From NCBI GenBank assembly GCA_041688045.1, contig JBDNIX010000254.1:1-37980 (forward strand): a stretch of 37,980 nucleotides of DNA. Reading direction: 5' to 3'. The position numbers and the translations under genes were made by a program. Shown here piece by piece: positions 24,979 to 34,900 of this stretch. Positions within the stretch are counted from its first letter, which is position 1, and each line of letters opens with the position of its first letter. Source of the DNA: Nitriliruptoraceae bacterium (GTDB taxonomy: Bacteria > Actinomycetota > Nitriliruptoria > Nitriliruptorales > Nitriliruptoraceae). A model generated the notes under the pieces. That model had not been told where the DNA came from and ran no database searches. It was given only the letters and a program-made list of their open reading frames with translations.

Positions 24979-26151
24979 TCACGCGGTCCGGGCGGCGTGG
25001 GCATAGATCGGTAGCGCCAGCGCCAGGAGCAGACGCTCGAACTGCAGGTCCGGATTGCCGTTGCGCTCCAGCGCGGCACGGCAGCGTTCGACCGCCTGTA
25101 GCCCGTCGACGACCGCCGACGCCGGTAGCCGCACCGCATCCCGGGCCAGCTCATCGGGATGATCGACGTTCACGAGCGCGTCCTGGTCCCCACCGCTGCC
25201 GACGACCAGCAGGTCGCGTAGATAGGTGGCCAGGTGATCGAGCACGAGGCCGAGCGCGCGACGCTGCTCCCCCCGCTCGAGCCGGTCGTGGCGACGTTGG
25301 ATCTGTGCCTTCATGCCCGGCGGCCACCCCTTGCCACGCGCATCGACCCCGAAGTCCTCCTCCAATCGGGCGAGGTCGGCGGCATGCCTCTCCTTCAGCG
25401 GCGCCACCCGCCCCTTGGCCCATGCGGTCAGGTCCTTCGCGATCGGGATCACCTGGCCGGGACCACCCGTCGCCAGACGGTCCAGGATCGCGAGGTGGTC
25501 CCTGCGCGCGTCGGCGACCCCGTCATCGGCCAACGTGGCCAGCCGATCGGGCGAGCCGAGCGACACGCGGGCCAGGGCTTCGACGCAATCGTCCGGGATG
25601 TCCAGCTGCCGTGCCCGATCCCGCAGGGCGGCGAGCCCCCACGGCACGACCGTCAGTCGTCGGCAGCGGGACACCACGGTGTCCAGCAGCACGGATTCGT
25701 CTTCGACCTCGAGGAGCCACACCACGGACGGTGGCGGTTCCTCCAGGACCTTGAGGAAGGCGTTCTGGGCGGCTTCGTTCATCCGGTCGGCGGCCGTGAT
25801 CCGCACGACCCGCCGGCGGCCGTCAGTGATGCTGCGCGACGCTGGGCGGATCCACTCCTCACGCACGTCGTCGACGACGTACTGCGAACCGGCGGGCTCA
25901 CGGCTCTCCAGCAGTTCGTGGGTAGCGCGCAGGATCCGCTGGCAGCGGTCGCACTTCCCACAAGCTTGGTCCTCAGTAGGAGCCGACGCGCAGTTGAGCG
26001 CCATCGTCAGCCCCTTGGCGAGATCCTCCTGCCCCACGCTGGGCGGTCCGACGATCAGCCAGGCGTGACTGACCTCGTCCGCGGCCAAGGCGCGTCGCAG
26101 TGCCCGCACCGCCGCCGGCTGTTGCTCCGCATCACCCCTCCACGAGCTCAT
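24979..26151 (-). CDS. holB: DNA polymerase III subunit delta'
   Basis: HAWLIVGPPSVGQEDLAK, the zinc module CGKCDRCQRI, and NAFLKVLEEPPPSVVWLL. The ATG overlaps the upstream stop as ATGA. Confidence 0.88.
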   Translation of the reverse strand: MSSWRGDAEQQPAAVRALRRALAADEVSHAWLIVGPPSVGQEDLAKGLTMALNCASAPTEDQACGKCDRCQRILRATHELLESREPAGSQYVVDDVREEWIRPASRSITDGRRRVVRITAADRMNEAAQNAFLKVLEEPPPSVVWLLEVEDESVLLDTVVSRCRRLTVVPWGLAALRDRARQLDIPDDCVEALARVSLGSPDRLATLADDGVADARRDHLAILDRLATGGPGQVIPIAKDLTAWAKGRVAPLKERHAADLARLEEDFGVDARGKGWPPGMKAQIQRRHDRLERGEQRRALGLVLDHLATYLRDLLVVGSGGDQDALVNVDHPDELARDAVRLPASAVVDGLQAVERCRAALERNGNPDLQFERLLLALALPIYAHAARTA

Positions 26152-28253
26152 GGTGAACCATCCCGGCCGAAGGACTCCCCCTCCGGCGCACCCAGATCGC
26201 TCTGCCCGCTGAGCCGTGCGAGCACGGCATGGCGGATGTCTTCGTGGAGCTGCTCGACGGGCCGCATGGCATCCAGGACGAGGTAGCGGTCCGGATCCCG
26301 TTCGGCCTGTCGACGGTACGCCGCACGGACCTGGCGGTGGAACACGATCCCGGCGCCCTCAATGCGATCGGCGGCGCGGCCCTCGGTCGCCCGACGCAGA
26401 CCCTCCTGCGGATCGACGTCCAACAGCACGGTCACGTGGGGGGTCAGCGATCCGGTCGCCCACCGATTGAGTTCCGCGACCTGCTCGTCGCCGAGGCCCC
26501 GCGCCACACCCTGGTAGACGATCGATGAGTCGACAAACCGATCGCACAACACCACGGCGCCCTTCTGCAACGCCGGAACGATGACCTCGTCGACGTGCTG
26601 GGCTCGAGCGGCGGCGTAGAGCAGCGCTTCGGTCCGGTCGCTCATGACGTCGGATTCCCGGGACAACAGGACGTCGCGGATCTCCTCCCCCAGCCAGGTG
26701 CCCCCCGGCTCGCGTGTGACCACGGCGTCCATGCCGGCGCGTTCGATCGCCGCACGTAGCAACCGGATCTGGGTTGACTTGCCGGCGCCGTCGCCGCCCT
26801 CGAAGACCACGAGCATCCCGTGCAGGGCCATGGGGATGGTTGGCACCGACGAGGACAGGTCGATGCCTGCATCCTCCTCGTCCTTGAGTGCCGTGTGCAG
26901 CGCACGGCCGGTGACCACCGCTCCGGTGACCGCCAGCACACCGCCGAGCAGCAGGGTGATCCGCACGCCACCAAAGGTGTAGGGGTAGAGCAGCGCCGGG
27001 CCGTCGGGACGTTCCACGACGGTCCGCAGTTCACGACCGAGAATTCCGATGATCACCGGCGCCAGAATCGTGGACCCGAAGATGGCCGCCCGCACCCCCG
27101 AATTGAACGCCCCGAACGTCCGGCCGCGGATCCGGTCGTCGGCGCGTTCCTGCAGCACCGTGTACCCCACGATGAAGGCGATCCCGGCGCCGACGCCCAT
27201 GAAGACGGCGGGCACGGAAGCCCACGCCAGGGTCGGCATCACCGCGGTGACCAGCAGCGCGACCCCGGCGATCCCGATCCCGGGCCCGAACAGTCGCTCG
27301 GTGGAGATTCGGTTGGTCAGGGGCGCCGCCAAGCCCAGTCCGATGACCAGGCCGGTACCGACCACGGCAACCAGGATGCCGTACCCGGTGTCTCCCGCGT
27401 TGAGCACGCGTGCGAAGAACTCGCCGATCGTGATGACCACACCGGCGACCGCTGCCGCCACCATGACCCCGACGATCAAGGTCCGGATCACCGGGTGCCC
27501 GCCGACGAACCGGAGGCCCTCCTTGAGTTCCTCCCACGGGCCAGCCTGGCTGTTCGGGTCGACGGGACGACGAGCTGTCGCCCGTCGCATGGGGATGCGC
27601 AGGATGAAGATCGCGGCGATGAAGTAGGACGTCGCGTTGACCCAGATCGGGACGGCCATGGGTCGCTCGGCCAGGAATTCGACCGGTGCCCAGGACCCGG
27701 TGAGTCCGACCAGAAGGGCGTAGAGGCCTCCACTGATCGGCAAGGTCCCGTAGGTCATGACGAGGTTGAGCTGGTTGGCGACGACCAACTGTTCGCGACG
27801 CACCAGCGTGGGGAAGACGGCGTCCTTGGCGGGGGCGAACATCGCCGACATCGCCTCGATGACCAGAGTGGCCAACAGGATGGCCAGGATGTCCGCGAAC
27901 GGGATCAGGGCCATGATGATCCCACGCCCGATGTGCGAACCCATCATGACGTGCTTGCGATCCCAGCGGTCGACCAGCATGCCGGCCACGGGCCCGAGCA
28001 ACAGGCTCGGCAGCACGCGGGCCGCCATCACGCCGGAGACGGCGAACGCCGCGAAGCTGGTGGGCCCGAGGATCTGACCGACGAGCGCGATGATCGCCAG
28101 GAAACCCATCCAGTCGCCGACGGTGGAGACCAGGGTGGACAGCGCCAGGTTGCGGAATCCGCGGTTCTTGGCCAATTCGAGGTAGGTGCTGGCGGAAGCC
28201 CCCCGCAGCACCGGCTGATCGGGGCCTACCCCCGACGCAACGTCATCGACCAT
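26148..28253 (-). CDS. tmk: Fusion protein: N-terminal MFS-type 12-TM transporter domain plus C-terminal dTMP (thymidylate) kinase
   Basis: The first ~480 aa are hydrophobic with the MFS-like loop GMLVDRWDRK. The last ~215 aa carry MLVVFEGGDGAGKSTQ (P-loop), TREPGGT and DRFVDSSIVYQG, which are typical of Tmk. It is a single uninterrupted frame. Confidence 0.85.
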   Translation of the reverse strand: MVDDVASGVGPDQPVLRGASASTYLELAKNRGFRNLALSTLVSTVGDWMGFLAIIALVGQILGPTSFAAFAVSGVMAARVLPSLLLGPVAGMLVDRWDRKHVMMGSHIGRGIIMALIPFADILAILLATLVIEAMSAMFAPAKDAVFPTLVRREQLVVANQLNLVMTYGTLPISGGLYALLVGLTGSWAPVEFLAERPMAVPIWVNATSYFIAAIFILRIPMRRATARRPVDPNSQAGPWEELKEGLRFVGGHPVIRTLIVGVMVAAAVAGVVITIGEFFARVLNAGDTGYGILVAVVGTGLVIGLGLAAPLTNRISTERLFGPGIGIAGVALLVTAVMPTLAWASVPAVFMGVGAGIAFIVGYTVLQERADDRIRGRTFGAFNSGVRAAIFGSTILAPVIIGILGRELRTVVERPDGPALLYPYTFGGVRITLLLGGVLAVTGAVVTGRALHTALKDEEDAGIDLSSSVPTIPMALHGMLVVFEGGDGAGKSTQIRLLRAAIERAGMDAVVTREPGGTWLGEEIRDVLLSRESDVMSDRTEALLYAAARAQHVDEVIVPALQKGAVVLCDRFVDSSIVYQGVARGLGDEQVAELNRWATGSLTPHVTVLLDVDPQEGLRRATEGRAADRIEGAGIVFHRQVRAAYRRQAERDPDRYLVLDAMRPVEQLHEDIRHAVLARLSGQSDLGAPEGESFGRDGSP

Positions 28254-28336
28254 CCGTACACCTTACCGGCGGGCCGGTCCGACGAGCTCTGGGGCCCGGC
28301 GTCCGGTGGGGGCGCCGACGTCCACGCACCGACGTG

Positions 28337-30955
28337 TCAGTCAGACCGTTTGGTGGTCGACTTCATCGCCGACGTCTTCTTGGCGCCCTTCTTTCTCGTC
28401 GCCTTCTTGGCCGCCTTCTTCCCGGACTTCTTCCCGGACTTCTTGGCCGTCTTCTTCTTGGGAGGCGCCTGGTCCCCGGTGTAGGTCAACGGGATGGGCG
28501 GCGGGATCTCCTCCTTCTCGAGCGCCTCGCCCCCAAGCTCAGGGTCGTACGCGGGCACGCCGTCGACCACCGTCCAGGTGGCTACCGACGGCACCTCGAA
28601 GTCCTCGCATTCGAAGGTGTGGTTGATCTCCGGGTGCGTGCAGATCGCCGTCGGAACCTTGCGATTCTTCGGCGGAGGACGCAGCGGCGCGCCGCACTTC
28701 GGACACGGCGTGGCAATCGGTAGTGACCACACCGCGAAGACATCGTCCGGATACCCCGTAGAGCCGACAAAGGGCTTGCCGTACCGCGAGGTCCGGCGTT
28801 CCAGATAGCTGTTCTCCGGATCCGTCGGCGAACGGAACGGCACCACCTGATCATCGTCCGTGCGGTACATCAGACGCTGCTGGACGTTGCGGATGCCCTT
28901 GCACTTCGGGTAGTCGATGCACCCGTAGAACTTCCCGTACTTGCCCGAGCGCAACAGCATCGGCTTCCTGCAATGCTGACAGCGCACGTTCTCGTCGGGT
29001 TCGGGTTCGGGCTCAGGCTCTCCGACGGTCCCGTCATCGTTGAGCGGCAGCGTGCCTTCGCAGTCGGGCCAGCGGCTGCAGGACGCGAACCACTGCTTGG
29101 ACTTCCCGGAGAAGACGCGCTCCATCGGTGCGCCGCAGATGGGGCAGTCCGCCGGTTCGTGGAGCGGAAGTCGCGGACGTTCGGGCTTGCGTTCACGGAC
29201 CCAGGTGTCGACTTCCTCGAGGAACCGACTGACCATCGAACTCCAGGCTTCTTCGCCCTCCGCGATCTCATCGAGCGTGGTCTCCATGCGCGCGGTGAAG
29301 CCGATATCGACGACCTCACCGAAGTGCGCCTTGAGGAACGACACGACGACCTCACCCAGCGGCGTGACGAAGAAGCGGCGCGATTCCTTGAGGACGTACT
29401 GACGTTGTTCGAGCGTCGAGATGATGGAGGCATAGGTCGACGGGCGGCCGATGCCCTCCTCCTCCAGCGCCTCGACGAGTGTGCGTTCCGAATACCGCGG
29501 GGGCGGCGAGGTCTCGTGCTGCTCGGCGAGCAGTTCGGCGAGCGACAGCGTCTGGCCCTCGTCGAGCTGCGGTAGGCGGTCGCCCACCTCCTCCACACCT
29601 TCGTCCTCGTCGCGCACGGCGCGATAGGCCCGGAGGAAACCGTCGAACTTCTCGACCTGCCCCGTGACGCGGAAGGTCACCTCACCCCGGTCGTCGGTGC
29701 CGACGACGTCCGCGGATACCCGGTCGAAGATCGCCGGTGCCATCTGCGTCGCCACGGTCCGCTGCCAGATCAACTCGTAGAGCCTGGCCTGCTCGGACGA
29801 CAGGTACCGCCGGACCCGCTCCGGCGTGCGGGCGATGGAGGTCGGCCGACACGCCTCGTGTGCCTCTTGAGCGCCCTTGGCCTTCCCGGCGAAGCGACGC
29901 GGCTTGTCGACCCCGTACCGCTCGCCGTACTGCTCACGCACGTAGCTGTTGATCTCACCCAGGACATGGTCCGACAGGTTCAACGAGTCGGTTCGCATGT
30001 AGGTGATGAGCCCCACCTGCTCGCCCCCGAGGTTGATGCCCTCGTACAGCTGTTGGGCGATCGCCATCGTCTGCCGCGCCGTGAAGCCGTACTTGGAGGC
30101 CTCACCCTGCAGGGTCGAGGTCTTGAAGGGAGGCTTCGGCTGCCGCTTGGCCTCAGTGCGCCGGACTTCCGCCACGGCGTAGTCCAACTCGCGCGCACGA
30201 TCCGCCAGCGCGGTTGCGTCGGCTTCGTTGCGGATGACCGTCAGCTTCGCCTGCCGGCCCTCACTCTTTCCCTCGAGGTCCTTGGGGGTCGAAACCTTCA
30301 GCCCGTCGACGGCGAAGAGATTCGCGTCGATCCCCGGTGCGCCGCCGGACTGGCGGGCGAACCTGGCCGGAAAGCTCCAGTACTCCTCCGGCACGAACGC
30401 ACGGATCTCGTCCTCGCGGTCGACCAGCATGCGCAGCGCAACCGACTGCACACGACCGGCGGAGATGCCGGACGCGACCGTGCGCCACAGCACCGGGGAC
30501 AGCCGATACCCCACGATCCGGTCGACCGCCCGTCGAGCCTGTTGGGCGTCGACCAGAGCGGTGTTCAGCGACCGGGGAGCGGCGAACGCTTCTCGGATCG
30601 CCCGTTCCGTGATCTCGTCGAAGGTCACCCGATTGGTGGTGTCGACGTCGAGGTTCAGGACTTCGGCGATATGCCACGCGATCGCCTCACCCTCGCGGTC
30701 CAGGTCGGGGGCCAGCCAGATCGTGTCCGCTTCCTTGGCCGCCTTCTTCAGCGCGGTCACGTGTTTCTTGGAGCTGTCGGTGACCTCGTAGACGAGCCGG
30801 CAGGTGCCGTCGTCATCGAACTCGATCGCGAAATCGGAGCGGGGCAGATCGCGGATGTGCCCATAGGAGGCCAGCACCTTGTAGGCAGAGCCCAGGTACC
30901 GCTCGATCGTCTTGGCCTTCGCCGGTGACTCGACGATGACGAGGTTCTCTGCCAC
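28337..30955 (-). CDS. topA: DNA topoisomerase I (type IA) with C-terminal zinc ribbons and a lysine-rich tail
   Basis: LVIVESPAKAKTIERYLG Toprim start, the active-site region GLITYMRTDS, Cys4 modules and a terminal KKKTAKKSGKKSGKKAAKK tail. GTG 30955 is used; the track ORF is 52 codons longer. Confidence 0.95.
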   Translation of the reverse strand: MAENLVIVESPAKAKTIERYLGSAYKVLASYGHIRDLPRSDFAIEFDDDGTCRLVYEVTDSSKKHVTALKKAAKEADTIWLAPDLDREGEAIAWHIAEVLNLDVDTTNRVTFDEITERAIREAFAAPRSLNTALVDAQQARRAVDRIVGYRLSPVLWRTVASGISAGRVQSVALRMLVDREDEIRAFVPEEYWSFPARFARQSGGAPGIDANLFAVDGLKVSTPKDLEGKSEGRQAKLTVIRNEADATALADRARELDYAVAEVRRTEAKRQPKPPFKTSTLQGEASKYGFTARQTMAIAQQLYEGINLGGEQVGLITYMRTDSLNLSDHVLGEINSYVREQYGERYGVDKPRRFAGKAKGAQEAHEACRPTSIARTPERVRRYLSSEQARLYELIWQRTVATQMAPAIFDRVSADVVGTDDRGEVTFRVTGQVEKFDGFLRAYRAVRDEDEGVEEVGDRLPQLDEGQTLSLAELLAEQHETSPPPRYSERTLVEALEEEGIGRPSTYASIISTLEQRQYVLKESRRFFVTPLGEVVVSFLKAHFGEVVDIGFTARMETTLDEIAEGEEAWSSMVSRFLEEVDTWVRERKPERPRLPLHEPADCPICGAPMERVFSGKSKQWFASCSRWPDCEGTLPLNDDGTVGEPEPEPEPDENVRCQHCRKPMLLRSGKYGKFYGCIDYPKCKGIRNVQQRLMYRTDDDQVVPFRSPTDPENSYLERRTSRYGKPFVGSTGYPDDVFAVWSLPIATPCPKCGAPLRPPPKNRKVPTAICTHPEINHTFECEDFEVPSVATWTVVDGVPAYDPELGGEALEKEEIPPPIPLTYTGDQAPPKKKTAKKSGKKSGKKAAKKATRKKGAKKTSAMKSTTKRSD

Positions 30956-31183
30956 GGGGATGATGTCCCTTCGTTGGACCTCTGTGGGCCTGCATTGGAT
31001 GGTGCATGTACGCCGGTGGACAGGCAGCGGGCCCGCTGGCGGTCTCCCGCTCCACGCGCGGTGCACGTCGCAGTTCGGACGCCGTTGACGCTCGGCGCCG
31101 CACGGCCTCACCGCGACGAAAGGTGGGCCGAAGTCCGCCCCGTGTCAACCATCCGGGCCCGCTGCGGCCTCCTGCAGGCTGCA

Positions 31184-31206
31184 CGGGGTCCCCGAAGGGG
31201 ACCCCG
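31184..31206. other. GC-rich 10-bp stem / 3-nt loop hairpin nested within a second inverted repeat
   Basis: CGGGGTCCCC-GAA-GGGGACCCCG, flanked by CTGCACGG (31179-31186) and CCGTGCAG (31217-31224). It lies in the 480-nt divergent topA / hppA intergenic region. Confidence 0.5.
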
Positions 31207-31437
31207 CAACGAGGGCCCGTGCAGCGCGCCAAGCGCACACCATGACGCCAGCTGAACGAGCCGCCTGTGACCACCGCAGACGCTAGCGCGTACCCGGCTC
31301 CAGGCGCCATCCCAAGCGGCGCGCCAACCCGCGCGCGGGGCGTCCTTTTGGACCCTTTCGGGAGGTTGGCTAGCGTCCGGCGCCGCTGGCGCCGTCGAGG
31401 ATCGCGCCCCGAGTCGCTGTGCCCATTCGGAGGTTTC

Positions 31438-33465
31438 GTGGATATCACATTCATTCCACCCATCGCGGGTGCGGTCGGGCTGGTGGCGGCCCTGGTCATG
31501 TACCGCGCCATGATGCGTTACCCCGCGATGGAGGGGAAGCCCACCGAGATCGCCGAGCTGATCCGCGCCGGCGCGAAGACGTTCATGGCACGCGAACTGC
31601 AGCTGATCGCGATCGCGGTCGTGGTGCTGGCGATCGCGCTGTTGGCCTCGCTCGGGGTCGCCACCACTGTCTCGTTCCTCATGGGTGCCGTCACGGCCGC
31701 CGCAGCCGGGTACCTGGGCATGATGGCCGCGACCCGCGCGAACGTGCGTACGACCACCGCGGCGAACGAGAAGGGGATGAACCAGGCGCTGACCGTCGCC
31801 TTCTACGGGGGCTCGGTCATGGGTCTCGTGCTCGCGTCGCTGGGCCTGCTCGGGCTCGGTGGGCTCTACGTCATCTTCGGCACGGACGCCGAAGCCGCCG
31901 AGCACATCCACGGCTTCGCCATGGGTGCCAGCGTCGTCGCGCTCTTCTACCGCGTCGGTGGCGGGATCTTCACCAAGTCCGCCGACGTCGGCGCCGACCT
32001 GGTCGGCAAGGTGGAAGCAGGTATCCCCGAGGACGACCCGCGGAACCCGGGCGTCATCGCGGACAACGTCGGCGACAACGTCGGCGACGTGGCCGGCATG
32101 GGCTCGGACATCTTCGAATCCACCAACGGCGCGACGATTGCCACGGTGGCACTCGCCTCGGCCCTCATCCTGGCCGCCGGACCCGACGGGGTAGAGATCG
32201 GCGGCGCGCTCGTCCCGAGCTTGAGCCTGATCTCCCTGCCACTGTTGCTCAGTGCGCTCGGCCTGTTCTGCTCCATCGCGGCGATCGGTGTGGTCAAAAC
32301 CTTCTCCAACAGGTCGCCAGCGCTCGCGCTGCGGCTCGGCACCTTCGCCGCCGCGGGTGGCTTCGTCGTGCTCGCCTTCTTCGTGATGAACCTCATCGAC
32401 GTTGGTGTCGGCACCTGGTGGGCCACCGTGATCGGTTCGGTCGGTGGGGTGATCCTCGGCCTGTCGACCGAGTACTACACCTCCGCCAAGCCGATCCGGG
32501 ACATCGCTCGCTCCGGTGAGACCGGACCCGCGACCGTCATCATCTCCGGGCTGTCCACCGGCATGATCTCGGTCGCCATCCCGATCGCGACCATCGGCGG
32601 GATGATCTTCGTCGCCAACGCGACCTCCGGGCTCTACGGCGTCGGGATCGCCGCCGTGTCGATGCTCGCCACGGTGGCGATGACCATGGCGATCGACGCC
32701 TACGGCCCTGTCGCCGACAACGCCGGCGGCATCGCGGAGATGGCCGGGCTCGGCGCGGACACCCGCCACATCACCGACAGCCTCGACGAGGTCGGCAACA
32801 CCACCGCGGCGATCGGGAAGGGCTTCGCGATCGGTGCCGCCGCCCTGGCAGCGCTCACCCTCATCAACGCCTACATCGCCGTCGTCGATGACCGGATCGA
32901 CGGCTTCTCGCTGGCCATCTCCGACCCGAACGTGCTCATCGGGATGTTCATCGGTGGCGCGTTGCCGTTCATCGTCGCGGCCATCACGATGACCGCCGTC
33001 GGTGACGCCGCCTTCGAGATGATCGAGGAGATCCGCCGACAGTTCCGGGAGATCCCGGGCCTGCTCGAGGGCAGCGCACAGCCGGATGCCGTTCGCTGCG
33101 TGGACATCGCGACCAAGGCCGCGACCAAGAAGATGATCCTGCCGGCTGCCATCGCCGTTCTCTCGCCGGTCGTCGTGGGCTTCGGTTTCGGCGCACAGAC
33201 ACTGGGCGGCATGCTCGGTGGTGCCCTGATCGCCGGTGTGTTGCTCGCCCTGACCATGGCCAACGCGGGTGGCGCCTGGGACAACGCCAAGAAGTACGTC
33301 GAGCAGGGCAACCACGGCGGGAAGGGCTCCGAGGCCCACGCCGCCAACGTGGTCGGTGACACCGTCGGCGACCCCCTGAAGGACACGTCTGGTCCGTCGA
33401 TGAACATCCTCATCAACGTCATGGCCATCGTGAGCCTGGTGATCGCGCCACTGCTGACCCGCTGA
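31438..33465 (+). CDS. hppA: Membrane-bound H+-translocating pyrophosphatase
   Basis: [54 protein letters not shown] and [20 protein letters not shown] are signature H+-PPase motifs. GGAGG lies upstream of GTG 31438; the track ORF starts 57 codons earlier. Confidence 0.95.
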   Translation: MDITFIPPIAGAVGLVAALVMYRAMMRYPAMEGKPTEIAELIRAGAKTFMARELQLIAIAVVVLAIALLASLGVATTVSFLMGAVTAAAAGYLGMMAATRANVRTTTAANEKGMNQALTVAFYGGSVMGLVLASLGLLGLGGLYVIFGTDAEAAEHIHGFAMGASVVALFYRVGGGIFTKSADVGADLVGKVEAGIPEDDPRNPGVIADNVGDNVGDVAGMGSDIFESTNGATIATVALASALILAAGPDGVEIGGALVPSLSLISLPLLLSALGLFCSIAAIGVVKTFSNRSPALALRLGTFAAAGGFVVLAFFVMNLIDVGVGTWWATVIGSVGGVILGLSTEYYTSAKPIRDIARSGETGPATVIISGLSTGMISVAIPIATIGGMIFVANATSGLYGVGIAAVSMLATVAMTMAIDAYGPVADNAGGIAEMAGLGADTRHITDSLDEVGNTTAAIGKGFAIGAAALAALTLINAYIAVVDDRIDGFSLAISDPNVLIGMFIGGALPFIVAAITMTAVGDAAFEMIEEIRRQFREIPGLLEGSAQPDAVRCVDIATKAATKKMILPAAIAVLSPVVVGFGFGAQTLGGMLGGALIAGVLLALTMANAGGAWDNAKKYVEQGNHGGKGSEAHAANVVGDTVGDPLKDTSGPSMNILINVMAIVSLVIAPLLTR

Positions 33466-33508
33466 CGCACCGGACGCTGCACACGACCAGCATCGGGCAC
33501 TGCTCATC

Positions 33509-33540
33509 ACACCGGACCCGGCACCAGTAGGGTCCGGTGT
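33509..33540 (+). terminator. 11-bp stem / 10-nt loop hairpin downstream of hppA
   Basis: ACACCGGACCC-GGCACCAGTA-GGGTCCGGTGT, 44 nt after the hppA stop. There is no T tract, as is common in high-GC actinobacteria. Confidence 0.5.
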
Positions 33541-33560
33541 CCGCTGCGCCGGGAGCGTTC

Positions 33561-34850
33561 ATGTACCACTTCCTCATGTTCGTGGTCGGGATGCTCGCTC
33601 TGGCGGCCGTGGCACTTCCTCTCCTGCTGCGCGACCGATTGATCTCGTTCCCGATCGTCACGGTGCTCGTGGGCGCCCTGCTGTCCACGGTCTTCGACCC
33701 CGGCACGTTCGATCCCGTCGCCAACGGATTTCTCTCGGAACATCTCTCCGAGTTCGCGGTCATCGTCGCCTTGACCGGACTGGGCCTGTCGATCGACCGT
33801 CGGATGACCTGGCGGGCATGGATGACGACGTGGCGACTGCTGGCCATCACCATGCCCATCAGCATGCTGCTGACTGCCTGGATCGGATGGTGGATGATCG
33901 GCCTCGTGCCGGCGGCGGCCGTCCTCTTCGCCGCCGCGATGGCGCCCACCGATCCGGTCCTTGCCGTGGACGTGCAGACCGGCCCGCCCACGACCGGTGA
34001 CCCCGACGCCGACGAACCCGACGAGGTCCGGTTCGGCCTGACCTCGGAGTCGTCCCTCAACGACGGGCTGGCCTTCCCCTTCGTCAACCTCGCGATCCTG
34101 CTGGCGATCCATGGCTTCACACCCGGGGACTGGGTGGCGCGGTGGCTGCTGGTGGACGTCGCCTACAAGATCGTCGGCGGCGTGGCCATCGGGTGGGTCA
34201 TCGGAAAGCTCCTCGGCTGGGTCACGATCAAGCTGGTGGGAGGCCGCGGATACACGGGCATGCTCGCCGACGGCGAGGGCATCGCCCCGTCCGTCATGGC
34301 ACTTGCCTACACCCTGATCTCCTTCGGGTTCTCCGAGGTCGCGGGTACCTACGGGTTCATCGCCGTGTTCGTCACGGCCTACGTGATCCGCGACACCGAG
34401 CGGCAGAACCATGTGCACGACCACCTGCACGAGGGCGCCGAACAACTCGAGCTGCTGGCCATGAGCATCGTGCTGCTCCTGCTCGGAGCAGCCTTCGCCG
34501 ACGGGCTGTATCTGGCGGTCACTTGGCAGATGATCGCCGCCGCCCTGGTGCTCGCCCTGGTCGTCCGCCCCATCGCCGGTTGGATCGGGCTCGCTGGGCA
34601 TGCCGCGGCCACACGGTCTGAGCGCCTGCTGCTGTCGTTCTTCGGGATCCGTGGGCTCGGTGCCATCTACTACCTCGCCTACGGGCTCAACCACGCGGAC
34701 TTCGCGCAGACGCAAGCCCTGTGGGGCCTGCTCTGCGTGACCATCTTCGCGTCACTCCTGATCCACGGGTTGACGGCCAGGCCCGCCGTCGCCTGGCTCG
34801 ATCGAAAGCGCCAGCAGACCACCGGGGGAAGCTCGTTGCCCGCGGTGTGA
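33561..34850 (+). CDS. Cation:proton antiporter, CPA1 (NhaP-type Na+/H+ exchanger)
   Basis: About 11-12 TM segments and the AAAMAPTDPVLA motif typical of CPA1 exchangers. ATG 33561 is preferred (GGGAG 5 nt upstream) over GTG 33537, which lies inside the hairpin. Confidence 0.8.
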   Translation: MYHFLMFVVGMLALAAVALPLLLRDRLISFPIVTVLVGALLSTVFDPGTFDPVANGFLSEHLSEFAVIVALTGLGLSIDRRMTWRAWMTTWRLLAITMPISMLLTAWIGWWMIGLVPAAAVLFAAAMAPTDPVLAVDVQTGPPTTGDPDADEPDEVRFGLTSESSLNDGLAFPFVNLAILLAIHGFTPGDWVARWLLVDVAYKIVGGVAIGWVIGKLLGWVTIKLVGGRGYTGMLADGEGIAPSVMALAYTLISFGFSEVAGTYGFIAVFVTAYVIRDTERQNHVHDHLHEGAEQLELLAMSIVLLLLGAAFADGLYLAVTWQMIAAALVLALVVRPIAGWIGLAGHAAATRSERLLLSFFGIRGLGAIYYLAYGLNHADFAQTQALWGLLCVTIFASLLIHGLTARPAVAWLDRKRQQTTGGSSLPAV

Positions 34851-34900
34851 TCCGTGCCGGCGGTCGATCCCGGAACGCGTCGTGGACGCCGAACCCCAGC

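Noticed and set aside
30956-31437. A cold-shock protein gene (cspA neighbours topA in mycobacteria) in the topA / hppA intergenic region
   Set aside because: No frame encodes the KWFN/GFGFI cold-shock signature, and the ORFs here are Arg/Pro-rich shadows.
31108-33510. 800-aa ORF on the minus strand
   Set aside because: It is antisense to the H+-pyrophosphatase gene, and its Gly/Arg/Asp/His-rich translation has no motifs.
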